Shown one piece after another: positions 1 to 13,499 of a stretch of 64,000 nt of DNA (position 1 is the first letter of the stretch; every line of letters begins with the position of its first letter). The stretch is from Octopus sinensis (lineage: Eukaryota): NCBI RefSeq assembly GCF_006345805.1, contig NC_043021.1, positions 13,950,001-14,014,000 on the forward strand. Reading direction: 5' to 3'. The notes below the pieces were generated by a model that was not told the DNA's origin, did no database searches, and worked only from the letters and a program-made list of their open reading frames with translations. The position numbers were made by a program, and so were the translations under genes.

Positions 1-109
1 CATGTAAATACATTACTGCTCTAACTTTTAGAGTGTGCTACTTTTTCAGACACACACACACATATATATTTGTATGTATTGAAAAAAGCTCTTTTATACA
101 GGTTCATTA

Positions 110-335
110 AAAATACAATTATCCTCCAGTTTTATCTGTTTTTATTACAGATTTTTCATATTTTCATCTTAGTTTATTGTAGTTAGTTCAGAAAAATAAA
201 GCTCCTCAATGCATATTCAATAATTTCAGACATTTACAGTTTCATTTGCAAGAATTGAAACAGACATGGTGTCCACATTACTTCTTATAGGCGGGTCAAA
301 TTTTTGTAAACTTTTCACCACAAACAAGATCCCTT
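110..335 (-). repeat. Left arm of a diverged inverted repeat flanking the Penelope-like ORF remnant (candidate inverted pseudo-LTR)
   Basis: Colinear with the reverse complement of about 2190-2395. Example: GCAAGAATTGAAACAGACATGGTGTCC vs CCAAGAACTGAAATACATTTGGTGTCT. Example: AAAGCTCCTCAATGCATATTCAATAATTTCAGA vs AAAGCTGCAAAATTCATATTCAACATTTCCAGA. Confidence 0.65.
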
Positions 336-369
336 TACTTTCCATGTGCTTATATACAGTTCAGTAAAA

Positions 370-2040
370 TAAAAACTACAAAAACAAAACAACTCCCCCC
401 CAGTTCATAATATCCCAAATACCTACACATTCAGTTCCTATGAAGAATACACACTAGAGAAATATAGTACAAGGTCATCTGAGGAATTCATACAGATTTT
501 AGAAGAAACCAATACGTCAGATACCATCTCCTCTATATGTGTAGAAAGCTTGTTCACTAACGTCCTAGTGACAGAAACCATAGAAATAATATTGAAGAAT
601 GTATATGAACTCCAAAAAAAATATAATAATTTAGGTATTAAAATATACTCAAGATGGGAACAACTGAAGTACCTTTTCACTACCTGTAAACTAATTTAAT
701 CAAGCAAACAAATGGACTACCCATAGGTTAGCTTTTAGGACTTATATTTGTGGCATTCTGCTTATTCACAATAGAGAACAGAATAATAACAAAACATAAG
801 TACATAATATACACAAACTATATATATTTTATTCTTGTGGTAATGGATACATTATAGGTTACTGAAAGACTAAAAGAAGACTCAGAAAACAACTCTGTAT
901 TTAAAATATAACAGCCAGAATGATACAAATAAGACCCAGTTTTTAGTGAAAAGAGAAACAGATACATTGCTACAGTATACACCAAAGAATCAGACAAATG
1001 CATATAGCTGCTTAGAGAAAGCCTACACAACTATAAGATGTTAGTAGTAAAATCACTCCTAAAAAGAGCATTTAATTTCTCATTCACAAACAAAACACTA
1101 GAGAAAGAAATCCATGGAATAAACAAGCATTAATTACAACAATGGATATTTCAGATGATGCAAGAGAAGAATACAGGCACAAATACAACAAACACACAGT
1201 GTATGCTGAACAGATGTATACAAATCACACACAAAATTTATATGAATCAAATGCATAAGAAATATCAAACAGATAAATACATAATCAAAAACCTTGTAAT
1301 AATAGAACACAGAATGCATCACACTCAATCATAAATTAATGATTTACTTCCAGAACACACAAACCAAACTTTTCTTTATCAATAACACACCACAAGCATG
1401 TAAGCCTGAGAACAAGCTACTAATGACCAACATAATCTACAAATTGTAAACCTGGAAGTGGAGAACCTCGGGACTCCAGCTGTTACATTGGACATACTAA
1501 TATAACACTTTCTCTTAGACCTACCATGCATTTACAAGGAACAAATCACAACCCACTACGTCACAGACAGCAAAACAAAGTTGGATAAAAAAAAAAATCA
1601 GAGGAGAATACATGCTTATTGTATGAACTTCCTCACAAAACTAGCACTCTGTCGGTTACAATGACAAGGGTTCCAGTTGATCCGATTAACGGAACAGCTT
1701 GCTCATGAAATTAACATGTAAATGGCTGACCTGAGCACTCCACAAACATATGTGTCCTTAACATAGTTCTCAGGGAGTTTCAGCATGAGAAAGAATGTAA
1801 CAAAGCTGGCCCTTTTAAATACAGGTACTACTCATTTTTGTCAGCTGAGTGGACTGGAACAATGTGAAAAAAAAGTGTCTTGCTGAAAGACACATGTTGC
1901 TGGGAATTGAACTCACAGCTTTATGATTGTGAGCCAATTATCCTAACCGTTAAGCCATGTGCCTCACAAAAATAGAAGATTAATCACAGATGCCATGCTC
2001 ATATCACAACACAATGCCAAAATAAACACAAGCAATACAC
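370..2040 (+). mobile_element. Degenerate Penelope-like retroelement (RT + GIY-YIG endonuclease), with frameshifts and stops
   Basis: Translated remnants: EEFIQIL...VESLFTNVLVTETIEIILKNVYE (481-610, PLE RT DVESLFTNVP motif), KQTNGLPIG, LLKRAFNFS, NIIYKL (1429-1446) and CYIGHTNITLSLRPTMHLQG (from 1481, GIY-YIG). The ORF resumes after a SINE insertion at about 1967. Confidence 0.85.
1641..1966 (-). mobile_element. tRNA-derived SINE inserted in the Penelope remnant
   Basis: The reverse strand begins GTGAGGCACATGGCTTAACGGTTAGG...GTGAGTTCAATTCCC (A/B-box-like). CCTCACAAAA occurs at both flanks (1631-1640 and 1962-1971). Confidence 0.7.
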
Positions 2041-2189
2041 ACATCAAAAAAAAAAAAATGTAACAGGTGCCTACTGACAGGAAAACTTAATGGTAAAAAA
2101 AAAAATTGAAAGAAATCTACATAAATTTGACCACAACAAAAATCTACATAACTACTGATGTGGAAGCCTAACTGCCTTAATTAACTTTG

Positions 2190-2395
2190 GCTGAATCTAC
2201 AAAAACTCAGTCAGTTTGTAAGAAGCAACAGAGACACCAAATGTATTTCAGTTCTTGGAAAAAAAAACTGTGAAGATCTGGAAATGTTGAATATGAATTT
2301 TGCAGCTTTATTATTCCAAACTAATCACAAGAAACTGAGAGGAAAATATGAAAAATGTCTTATAAAACAATAAAACTGGAACACAGTTATGATTT
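2190..2395 (+). repeat. Right arm of the inverted repeat flanking the Penelope-like remnant
   Basis: Reverse-complement similarity to 110-335. Confidence 0.65.
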
Positions 2396-2421
2396 TAATC
2401 AAGCTTAAACACACACATTCA

Positions 2422-2424
<3 letters not shown>

Positions 2425-2472
<48 letters not shown>

Positions 2473-2663
2473 ATACATACATACATACATACATACACAC
2501 ACACAAATGTATATTATTAAATGTTCATGATTTCATATATTTCATATTAACATTCATGTTTAAATGCTTGTATATATAATATTTAATTCATCAATGAAAT
2601 GCTTATTTCTGTGTATATGCAAGTTTTTGTATGTTGCAAATATGTATGTTTGTGTATGTGCAC

Positions 2664-2740
<77 letters not shown>

Positions 2741-2760
2741 TATAGGCATATATATACATA
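2425..2760. repeat. (TA)n/(TACA)n/(CA)n microsatellite tracts in the intron upstream of the syntaxin exon
   Basis: Direct reading. Similar tracts recur throughout the window and generate the YIYI-type ORFs. Confidence 0.9.
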
Positions 2761-2779
2761 TACACATTTATTTATGTAT

Positions 2780-2818
2780 TTTTTCTATATTTTTTTCTTT
2801 CTCCTTTCTCTTTTGCAG
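2780..2818 (+). other. Polypyrimidine tract and 3' splice acceptor of the syntaxin terminal exon
   Basis: TTTTTTTCTTTCTCCTTTCTCTTTTGCAG ends at 2818, in phase 0 with the KKIAIL frame. Confidence 0.9.
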
Positions 2819-2899
2819 AAGAAAATCGCTATCCTGGTTTGTCTGATCATTTTGGTTTTAGTTATCATTTCGACAGTGGGCGGAGTTTTTGGTGGTTGA
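2819..2899 (+). CDS. Syx1A: Terminal coding exon of syntaxin-1 (C-terminal transmembrane anchor)
   Basis: Encodes [26 protein letters not shown]. This matches the syntaxin-1 tail pattern (human STX1A KKIMIIICCVILGIVIASTVGGIFA), whose last exon I recall also starting in phase 0 at KKI. Strong acceptor, TGA at 2897-2899. Upstream exons lie outside the window. Confidence 0.92.
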   Translation, partial: KKIAILVCLIILVLVIISTVGGVFGG

Positions 2900-4057
2900 G
2901 GGTTGAAGGGGTCAGCATTATGTTTTCACCTGAACCTATCAAACCTTCTCCAACCCACTGTCACTTCACTTTTTACTCTCCTTCTTTCTCTCTCTTTCTC
3001 ACATACATTCACACACACATGCATACCTACATACACTGAACACATACGCACACATATATAATATATATATATATATATATACATACATACGTGTGTATAT
3101 TTATATATATATATATATATAACATATATATATATTACATTTATATATATACATATATATTATATTACATATATTATATATACGTATATATTATATATAC
3201 ATATATATTATATATACATATATATTAATACACATATATAATTATATATACATATATAGATATATATATATATATTATATATATGCATATATTATATATA
3301 TATATATGTATGCATATATATATATGTGTGTGTGTGTACACAAATATGAACTTACACATGCTCACATTCACATAAAACCACACACAAACTTTTCCAACAA
3401 CCACTAATATTACTACAACCACCACTACCACCACCACTACAACACCAATGGACAACTCTTACTATAATGTTTTTGTTTTTTTTTGTGTGTGTATCTATTG
3501 TTACTCCTATCAGCTTGTTGATTTGGCTTAAAAAAGAAAAAGAAATGAAAAAGAAAAAGTTATAAAAAAAAAAGAGAAAAGAAAGAATAAAACTTACAAC
3601 AACAACTACTACAACAACAGTAATTGCTACAACAACAACAACAACACTGCTTGTCCAATGAAAAAAACAAAGATGAACCAATGAAAATAATGAAATAACG
3701 ATTCCTTTATAAATATATAATATATATATTAAGTGTGGGTGTGTGTATGTGAGTATTGTATGCATGTATGTATGTATATATTTATGTATGTGAGTGTATT
3801 GTATGCATGCATGTATGTATGTATATGTGCGTGTTGTGTGTATGTGTGTGTGTGTTGTATGTGTATATGTGTGTTGTATGTGTATGTGTGTAATTGTTTT
3901 TCAAAATTTATGCCATTATTATTATCATCATCATCATTATTATTATGACTGTTATTAATTATTATTATTATCTTAAGCACTTTTTGTTGCTCTCTCCCTC
4001 TTGCTTCATATATGTATGTGTGTGTGTATATATATATGTGTATGTATAATATATATA

Positions 4058-4102
<45 letters not shown>

Positions 4103-4654
4103 CACACACACATACACATATACGGTCGCCTTTTCATCAACCAACAAGCCAACATGCATCCACAGACTTTGCTACTAAATGGATGCTCTCTATGTCCCCT
4201 TCTCTTCTCTCTCTTCTATCTTCTGGCCTTCTCCCCACCCAGTTACTTCACCTAAGAAGGAACAATAACTACAAGAACAAATTGCACCTCAATGATAAAT
4301 TGATTTACTCTCATTTACATACATACATGCTCATACATATTCCCACACCCACATACTCACACATACACATTCCTACATGTACACTTACATGCATTCCAAC
4401 ATGTATACTTATACATAATCCAATGTGTACAGATATACATTCCAATGTGTATATATTCTTTCACACACATGTACATACACGCATTCACAATTGCAAACAC
4501 TAACATGTACCTACCACCATTCTTTTTCCACATGTGGGACACTGCATTAATCAACTTCTTGAACTCTGTAGCAGCAACTTATGTAATTAATCACGTTTTG
4601 ATTAATTTGCCACCACCTCCACCCCCCCACTCAAAGTGAGATGTCTACAATATC

Positions 4655-4686
<32 letters not shown>

Positions 4687-5299
4687 CAACAGTCATACCT
4701 AGCTTCTCTTTTGTTGTCTTCATTTAATGTCTTGGCATTCCACCTCCCCTCCCCCCACAACACCACCCACCCACCCTGCTAACACTCTCTTTGACATTGC
4801 CCCACCCCATTGCCATCATGACTGCCAGCACCCCTAACAACAGCAACAATGACACCACTTTCACCACCAATAACAATTAACACTAGCAGTACTCTCAAGA
4901 CATCCCCTACTATTAACTTCACCATCAACCACTAATATGGCTTTACATTCATCACACACACATTAATGTTTGTGTAATGTCAAGTTATATACAAGACCAT
5001 TTTAACATATAGCTTTGGGATCAATAAATATTCTTTTTAGTAAAGTGCATACTTAAATTTTTACAAAGAAAATATTGACAGTGACGTCAAAGTTTCAGCT
5101 TACTACCTTTCATAAGTCTATTGATAGCTAATAAATCAAAGCATGGAAATTACTGTTAACCTTTGCTTTGCAAAAATTTATATATAACAAAATAAATACT
5201 AACATATATAGTATTTTATGCTTTATAAAACATATATGTTTTGTCAGGATCACACAACTGCTTGTGAAAGCATTATATAATCTTATTAGTTCACCTCCT

Positions 5300-5495
5300 C
5301 AGTGTTTAGCAAAACATATCATAACAAGGCAACCAATTGTTTTATGTGGTTCAGATCTCCACAATTGTTTAAGCGAAGATCAGTACCAACATTTCCATGT
5401 GATTTGCTTGAACAATTGTGGAAATCTCTTCAACATGAAACAACTGGTTGCATTGTTAATCAACAAATATAGAATATTCAACCATCAATGCACTG
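5300..5495. mobile_element. Tc1/mariner-like MITE with an internal inverted repeat of about 51 bp
   Basis: CAGTG (5300) ... CACTG (5495). Arms 5329-5379 and 5401-5451 match at 40 of 51 positions. A related copy lies at about 17215-17425. Confidence 0.6.
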
Positions 5496-5884
5496 TTGAA
5501 TACTCATTCTTGTTGTTTAATACTAGCTAACATACATACATACATACATACATACATACACACACACAAATGGATTCTTGTATAGTTCACCTTCTGCTCA
5601 CTGATGAGCTAAACAAAACTGGCTTGTTTTGAGGTTGGATACAAAAACTTAAGTTATGAGTACGAGAACCTAGTTGTCACATGCACTTCTACTCACACAA
5701 ATACACACACACTTGCAAGCTCACATACATATACTCACTTCTGTCAACTATACAACTACAATGCTCCTTCTATCAAAGTAAACCACTGCAACTACCACCT
5801 CTATTAACAATACAACTACATCTACTCCTACTGACTATATAACTAAACAACTACAAACCCTTAACTATGTGCTCACTCTGCAAG

Positions 5885-6035
5885 AAATAACACCCAGTTT
5901 CACTCAAATCACACCAAATGGTCCTTCGAAACAGAAACTACATAGTCCTAAAAGGCTGGTCATGGCACAAGTACTTTTGATCCTGAGTCTGCTCAATCAG
6001 AATTAACTTGGGTCTAAACAGCAATCCAACAACAG
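5885..6035 (+). mobile_element. Dispersed repeat family ending ...CTTTGATCATAGGTCTGCTC...GGGCTAAACAACAAC
   Basis: Related copies at about 13740-13910, 18440-18560, 18630-18840, 37430-37625, 40000-40200 and 41920-42040. Confidence 0.55.
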
Positions 6036-6245
6036 CTACACCATCTGTCAACTACAGAACTCCCCCCACCCATACCATTAATAATCAACTATCTACCCCC
6101 ATTTCTCACTGACTAGCATGCAACTCCACCCCCACTCCACCTTGTCAACTATACCTTCAAAATTGTCGGCTATATATATGCCACCTCTCCCTCAGCTTTC
6201 TATATACACACACACACACATATACATACATATATATATACAGAC

Positions 6246-6298
<53 letters not shown>

Positions 6299-6474
6299 AA
6301 TATATACACAAACACACACCTAAATACAAGACAAATGGTTTAGTCAACAATTTCATTATCATGAAATAAGATAACAATAATAATTATAACAACAATAATG
6401 ATAATTACCTTCATTAAAGTGTGTTTTTGGGGGTGATGGCAACAAATTATTTTTATGAAGGAAAAGGAAATCAA

Positions 6475-6505
<31 letters not shown>

Positions 6506-6770
6506 GATATTTATATATATGAAGACAGTCGAAGAAATGGAAAAACTGAAATATATGTCACTTCATTGTTATGTGTATGAATGTGTGAACACACACTTGC
6601 ACACATACAAATATACATATATACACACACATATGTGAAAATACATAAATATATATATATATATAGACATATATTAGCATATGTATACACATACATATAA
6701 ACGTCTGTATATATGTATATATATATATATCCATAATATATATGTGTGTGTGTGTGTATGTATATGCATG

Positions 6771-6818
<48 letters not shown>

Positions 6819-7508
6819 ATATGTGTGTGTGTATATGTGTGTGTTTGTGTAAACATGACCATATGATGTATGTATTTATGGAGTATATATGTATGTACGT
6901 ATATGTGGCTACATATTCATGTGCAGTTAATAATATTTTACACACCGTTTTCCATGTCATCTTTACTCTTTCGAACATTACAAAAAAGAAAAGATTGCAA
7001 AAAAAAAAGAGAAAAAATATTTTCAAAATTTCAAAGTCAAATAATTATATAAAAACAAGAATCAATGCATTTGGACACCAAATTATAATGATTACAATTA
7101 TCATCATTATTATTATTATTATTATCATTATTATTATTACTATTATTATTATTGTTTAATATTATTATTATCATTATTATGATTATTATTACATTTCCAT
7201 AATTTTTTTTAAATTGTATTTTTTATTGTTTTTTTTTTAATTAATTTTACTGTTTGTTTATTCTAAGATATTTTTTCCTCTCTCTCATCTGTTCTGTTAT
7301 ATAATAATAATAATTATTCAATAAATAAATAGTAGTACTATTAGAAATGTTTCCACAACTGTCATCTTTTGTTTTATATTTTTTAATTGTTTTTTTTTCT
7401 CTTTGTTTGTTTGGTTTTTTTTTCTTAATGAAAAAAAATTTTAGAGTGGGATTGGATGAGCAAAACTGAACATAGATGCAAGTGTATGTATATATGTATA
7501 CACACGTG

Positions 7509-7560
<52 letters not shown>

Positions 7561-7665
7561 CACATTCATACATACATAGAGAACAAAATCAGCAGCTATG
7601 TAAACATACATACACAAATATATACTTTTATACACACATAACAAAATAAGCAGATATAACATTGC

Positions 7666-7700
<35 letters not shown>

Positions 7701-9523
7701 ATACACATTTATGCACACAAACATAAGTATATAACTAAATTAGCAGCTATATAATTGCCATACACAAGATATTGACACTAATTAATACCTCTAAGGAATC
7801 TGTCAGTTAAGATTGGCAATATATATATGTATGTATGCATGTACATATAACGAAATATAAACATGCAAATATAGAACAAATATCAAAAACTGCACTTATA
7901 TACATACATTCATAAATATTCAAATATCAGTTAGTTATCTCTCTCTGCTGATTACAAGTTCACATTACAAGCCAATATTAGTGATTTATTATTTAGCATA
8001 TTTTGAAACTAAAATAGTGATAATTTGTACGCACATACACCAACAATCATTCACGATGCATCAATGTTCACTTTAACATAGATATACATAAACACACTTA
8101 AATCTTGAGTTTTGTCAAATCTAAAGTTTAAGCTATGCAAGATCTCAACCATTACACAGCTTCAATAACTGAAATATGGAATTGAAGGTGGTGGGGTGGG
8201 AAAAAGCCTTTCCATATTCCAAAATTGGATACACATGTAAATACACCCAGACATTGTACAAATATACACAGGTAAATCAAGAGCTCTGCTAGGTTCAGTT
8301 TGTTATCAGAACTGTAAAGATATGTGAAACTTTCCAAAATTTCAGCCTGTCAATGATTTTGCAATTGCTTTGTTGCAGTCTTAAATATCAGTGAAGGGAT
8401 CTACATTTCTTTAAATTTAAAAACAAAAAAGGTTCTTGGGCAACTCCTAAAGAGCATATACACAAAATTTTATATATATATATGTATGTAGCAATCAGAC
8501 AAATGAATGAAAGTGCTCATGTTACATAACTTTATTCAAGGTTATGATAATTTCAAATGGTTAGAGGAACAATTTCACAGTTATACATTGGTTTGTATGC
8601 ATAATTAGCTAATCAATTTATGAAATGGTTTGCCCTCAACCATTCTCATCTCATCAGATCCTAAAGTTATATACATATATATATATATTCATACATATAT
8701 ATGGATATATTCATACATATATATATGGATATATATAGATACATACACATATATATATATATGGATGTATACAGATACATACACACATACATATATATGT
8801 ATATGTATATATATATGGAGGTCTACATACACACACATATCAAAATGACATGTCCCTAATGGAGCATTCAGATTAATGTTTAGAAGTGACTGTAGGACCC
8901 GAACAGCAGACTTGATGCAGCAGAATCCAGATGCTGGGGGATAGAGAATCTCTAGAATGTACCAAGTACATACACCTAACAGCCACTTTCTAATTTGAAT
9001 ATTTGTTGATATTGTGAACAATTTTGATTACTATAGGCACTCCATTCACACATACACACACACACATGGCTACTGAGAAAAACACTCATACAAACTTGCA
9101 AAAATTTGTTTTTTTCCCTTATTTCCAATTTATTTACTTCAACTCTTAATTCTCAATTGTTTGGTTATAAAAAAAAATAAAAGCAAAATGAAATTAAAAA
9201 AACTGAAATTATAATAATTTTTGACTGGGCCTAAATTTTAGTAAATAAACTTTTTTTTGCCTGTTACCATTATTATTATTATTATTATTACTATTATTTT
9301 CATTATTATTATTATTATCATTATTATTATTGTTGTTGTTGGGAGTAAGTTCTGACAAATGTGGACAAGGGATTTTGACAAAGAACATGCAGGATTAAGG
9401 AATGTATGAACAAATGATGTATTGCAGACATGATCAATTTTGGGGGAAGAAAAATGGATCTTAAAATGACGATGATGATGATCATGCTAAAGATTATTAT
9501 TATTATTATTGCTAAGGTGGCAA

Positions 9524-10140
9524 GCTGGCAGAATAATTAGCATGCCAGACAAAATGCTTAGTGGCCTTTCTTCCCATCTTTACATTCTGAGTTCAAATTC
9601 TGCCTAGGTTGACTTCGTTTTTCATCCTTTCAGGGTCAGTAAAGTACCAGTTGAGCACTGGGATCAATGTAATCAACTTACTCCCTCCTCCAAAATTACT
9701 GGCCTTGTGCCAAAATATGAAACCATTACTATTATTATTGATAGTTCTTGTTGTTGCACAGAATTATTAGAGCGCCAAGTAAAATATGCGATGCTTACAG
9801 CCTGAGTTCAAATACCACTAAAGTTTATTTAGCATTTCATCCTTCTAGGGTGAATAAAATACAACTGACATAACTGACTATCTGCCAGCCACCATGTGTT
9901 TAGCCTTATTATTGTTGTTGTTATTAAGGCAGTGAGCTGGCAGAATTAATCGCACACAGGATAAAATCTTTAGGGGCACTTCTACTGGCTCTTTATGATC
10001 TGAGTTCAGATGCTGTTGTGTCCAACTTTAGGTTTCACCCTCCCAGGATTGATAAAATAAGTACCTATCAAATACTGGAGTTGATGTAATTGACTAGACC
10101 CCTCTTCCTAAAATTTCAGGCCTTATGCCTATAATAGAAA
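9524..10140 (+). mobile_element. Head-to-tail array of about 3 major tRNA-type SINEs joined by (ATT)n
   Basis: Units read AAGG(C/T)GG(T/C)(G/A)AGCTGGCAGAA...CTGAGTTCAAATTC...CCTTTCATCC...AAGTACCAG...GGCCTTGTGCC...(ATT)n, with A- and B-box-like motifs. Confidence 0.85.
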
Positions 10141-10863
10141 GAATTATTATTATTATTGTTATTATTATCATCATTATTATTATTATTATTACTATCATTA
10201 TTATTATTATTATTATTATTATCATTATGTTATTACTATTATGTTAATATTATTATTATTAATATTGTTGTTATTGCCAACATCATAACTCTCATCATCA
10301 TCATCATTATAAATTCATTTTGATGTTTATTATTATTATTATTATTATCATTAAAAAACGTTTTTGTTAATATCTATATGCACATGTATTTATGTATGTC
10401 TGAAATTACATGAATGTATGTATGTGCATGTGTGTTTATATGTTTGTGTATATGTATTTCACCATAGAATCCAGTTCTGTGGCGTGATTTCACTATTAAG
10501 TTGAATTTTAATTCAGAAACAAAGTTAGATTGTGGATCAAATACTAGATTAAATACGGGGGGTGGGGGTGTTATACATCAGTTCAGAATGTGAGTCTTGA
10601 AGTCCAAGACCAAACCTGGTACCATTTCACCTGAGACACACTATTGGTACATGATGCCAGTTCACATAAAATTAACTGTATTAAAGTGTTCGCATTTAAA
10701 TTCAGATGTCTCAAACCAACTCTTGAATAGCAAAAGGATATTATAGTTCTGTGAGTCAAAGTTCCATGGTAGAATCATATAAGAATCTATTGGTAAATTA
10801 TATGCCAAATACCATTTAATAATATATCACTATACATAAATTCATGTATATACATACATTTGC

Positions 10864-10942
<79 letters not shown>

Positions 10943-11463
10943 TACATATATATACATATGTATATATATGTACATATATATTTTCATATATATATAATTA
11001 TAAATGTATATATTCATTTACCTGTATGTATGTATAGAGATTACATTTGTTGTAAAGTTTCAGTTGACAGGGATTTCAAGTTTCTCCTAGCAGTTTATTC
11101 AACCACTATTAGTTTAATTAGCTGTTAGACAAAACTAACAGTTTATTCTAATTAAGCCTTAGCTAACTTGTACTTTACAATGAATTTGACCCTACTCTCA
11201 GTATTTAGTTACCCCATCAGTAAATGTTTTGTAGTTTATTCTTAAACTAGCTTTAAAACAGTATCTTCAATCTCTAAATTCAACGTTTAAGATTACATTT
11301 ACTTTACTAAAACCTCCTTCAAATTATTGGCTGATTCAATTCAACAATTAATAGCAATACTTGGTTAGACTATTAGTATTAGAAGTAAGACCCCTAAAAT
11401 GGATAAGAGAGACTTTATGTCTTATGTCAACTGAGGTCAGGCAAGAGTTGGCCCTTAGGTTAA

Positions 11464-11676
11464 CCTTTTTGATACCAACTCACCTGAGACCACCCTTGGT
11501 TCTATGATACTTCCTGTTTTAAAATGATCTAAATTAAAAACTACCAAAATTCTGCGTTGATTTGCATTCCAAATACCAGCTTAATTATGATAGTTACTTT
11601 ACTAAATTCTTCATTTATTTTCAAAATTAGTTGAAATAATGACAGTGTTTTCAACAGAAATATGGTTACAAAAGAA
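11464..11676. mobile_element. piggyBac-like MITE with TTAA flanks
   Basis: TTAA at 11460-11463 and 11677-11680. Ends CCTTTTTGATACCA / TGGTTACAAAAGAA are imperfect TIRs. A related copy in the opposite orientation lies at about 62820-63275. Confidence 0.7.
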
Positions 11677-13463
11677 TTAAACTAATATTTTATTTGACAG
11701 AACCAATAGAAAAGTAAGGTAAAATAATGTCAGACAATGGATATGATACTGTTTCAGATCTATAAATCAAACAGATGAAACTTTAAGGTCAAAAATGTCA
11801 GGTTTTAGTTTTAGGATGAAACATGTCAAACACGTCAGACATCTTCACACCAATCTTTTGGCTCTCTGATATGACTGTACATCATATCAGAGATGACTTC
11901 AAAGACATTGAGCTTTAAGGTCAAAATAGTCAGAGCTTAGTTTTAGACCAAACCTTTCAATCATCAATCACATCAGTGTTTCTATGACTCTGTTTTAATA
12001 TTGGGTTGGAGCTGAACTTGAAAATGTCAGTCACTTGGGTAAAATTATCAAAGTTTAGTCAGATGTTTGTCAAACATTACATCAGACAGTATGTCAGATT
12101 TAATATTTCAAGCTACATCTAAAGAAAAAAGATTAATGAAGTCGTTAATTTGGTCAAAGATTTAGTTAAATTTTCAATTAAATAGGTCAATGATAAAATA
12201 TCTTGGTGAAAATATGGAAGATGATTAAAATGTAAACTTCTGGCAGAATTGAGTGATCATAATAGAAAAGAATGAAGAATATAGCATAAAAGTTTCGAAA
12301 GAGCATAGTAGCTGTAATTTGAAATATTAATAGAAAATTCATAAATAAGTTATTGTTGTTAGGAATAGGGTCTTGGAAAGGTTATAAGTGAGGTCTTAAA
12401 TCTTATGTCACAACTAAGGGCAACCATGGAATGGCTCCGAAGTCAGAACTTTTAAATACAGAAAAATGGAAGAATGTAACCATAAAATTTTTGGGAGACC
12501 ATAATGAAAATTTGAGATATTTGAAATATACAAGGATTGTGGATAGATGTAAAATGTAGGAAAGACAAGAGTGGCAATAATTAAAAATTGTTATCAAGTA
12601 AGAGGAGTAAAACAAAATATATAGAAGACTGAACTGGAAGTAAAATTAATGTAAAATATATAGATATTTAGTAACAAGAATATTCAAAATTATTCAAAAA
12701 CACCCATTCATTATTTATCACTGAGTGACATATATGAGTGTGTGTGTTTTGGTTGAATCAGTCTCTCACTATTCTGAACTTTATCTGTGAGTGCACAGGG
12801 TTTTCAGGCAAGTTTTGACTCTGAAAAACCTCAACACCTACAGGTGAAACTCAAGGAGACACCAATTCAGTCAAAATAAAATATTAATCTCTACAATGGT
12901 ATTGAGTACACTTTTTCTGACAGTCAACACTAAACACATATATATATATATATATATAGTGAGAGAGAGAGGTAGATAACTATAAAAATTGTTGAGAATT
13001 CCCAATACATTTGAAAATATTAGATAAAAAGGTTTAGTTGACAAGTAATTAGCATAAAGGCAGACTTGCATGGGTGCAAGTGAGAAAGAAGGTGCTTTCT
13101 GGGGTAAGTCTATGAAATGTGGTTCAAAGTGTTGTTAAATATTACTGCATGTGAGCAACAAAGCTAGTTGGAAATTAGCAAAAGATTTAGTGTACCTGAA
13201 AAAAGAAGCTAAATGTCTAGCAAGGCAACTGTATGTGGTTTTTTTTCTGCTTTTCATTGCTTCATCTTTTTTGCTGCCAATTACAAACATGTTTTGGTTG
13301 AAATATTGAAATGATATTCGTACACTTCAATGGTGTCATGCACCACATATCTTGACCCAATAACAACAAAATAAATAATATATAAAAAGAAAGAAAGAAA
13401 ACTGATTCCATCAATGATGGTCTTGGAGAAAAAATGAACAAAATGTAGCTCTGTATGTGTGAG

Positions 13464-13499
<36 letters not shown>

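Larger units (their letters stand above)
2900..8800 (+). other. Probable long low-complexity 3'UTR / downstream region of syntaxin (3' end undefined)
   Basis: Directly follows the stop codon. Rich in microsatellites and A/T tracts, with no copy of the major SINE. AATAAA hexamers occur near 3587, 5023, 5192 and 7321. The true poly(A) site cannot be determined from sequence. Confidence 0.45.

Noticed and set aside
5082-5089. Full CRE palindrome TGACGTCA
   Set aside because: A single occurrence is close to chance expectation in 64 kb and has no supporting context.
5595-5635. Hammerhead-like CTGATGAG...AAAAC...GTTTTGAG
   Set aside because: It lacks the invariant GAAA and a credible stem II.
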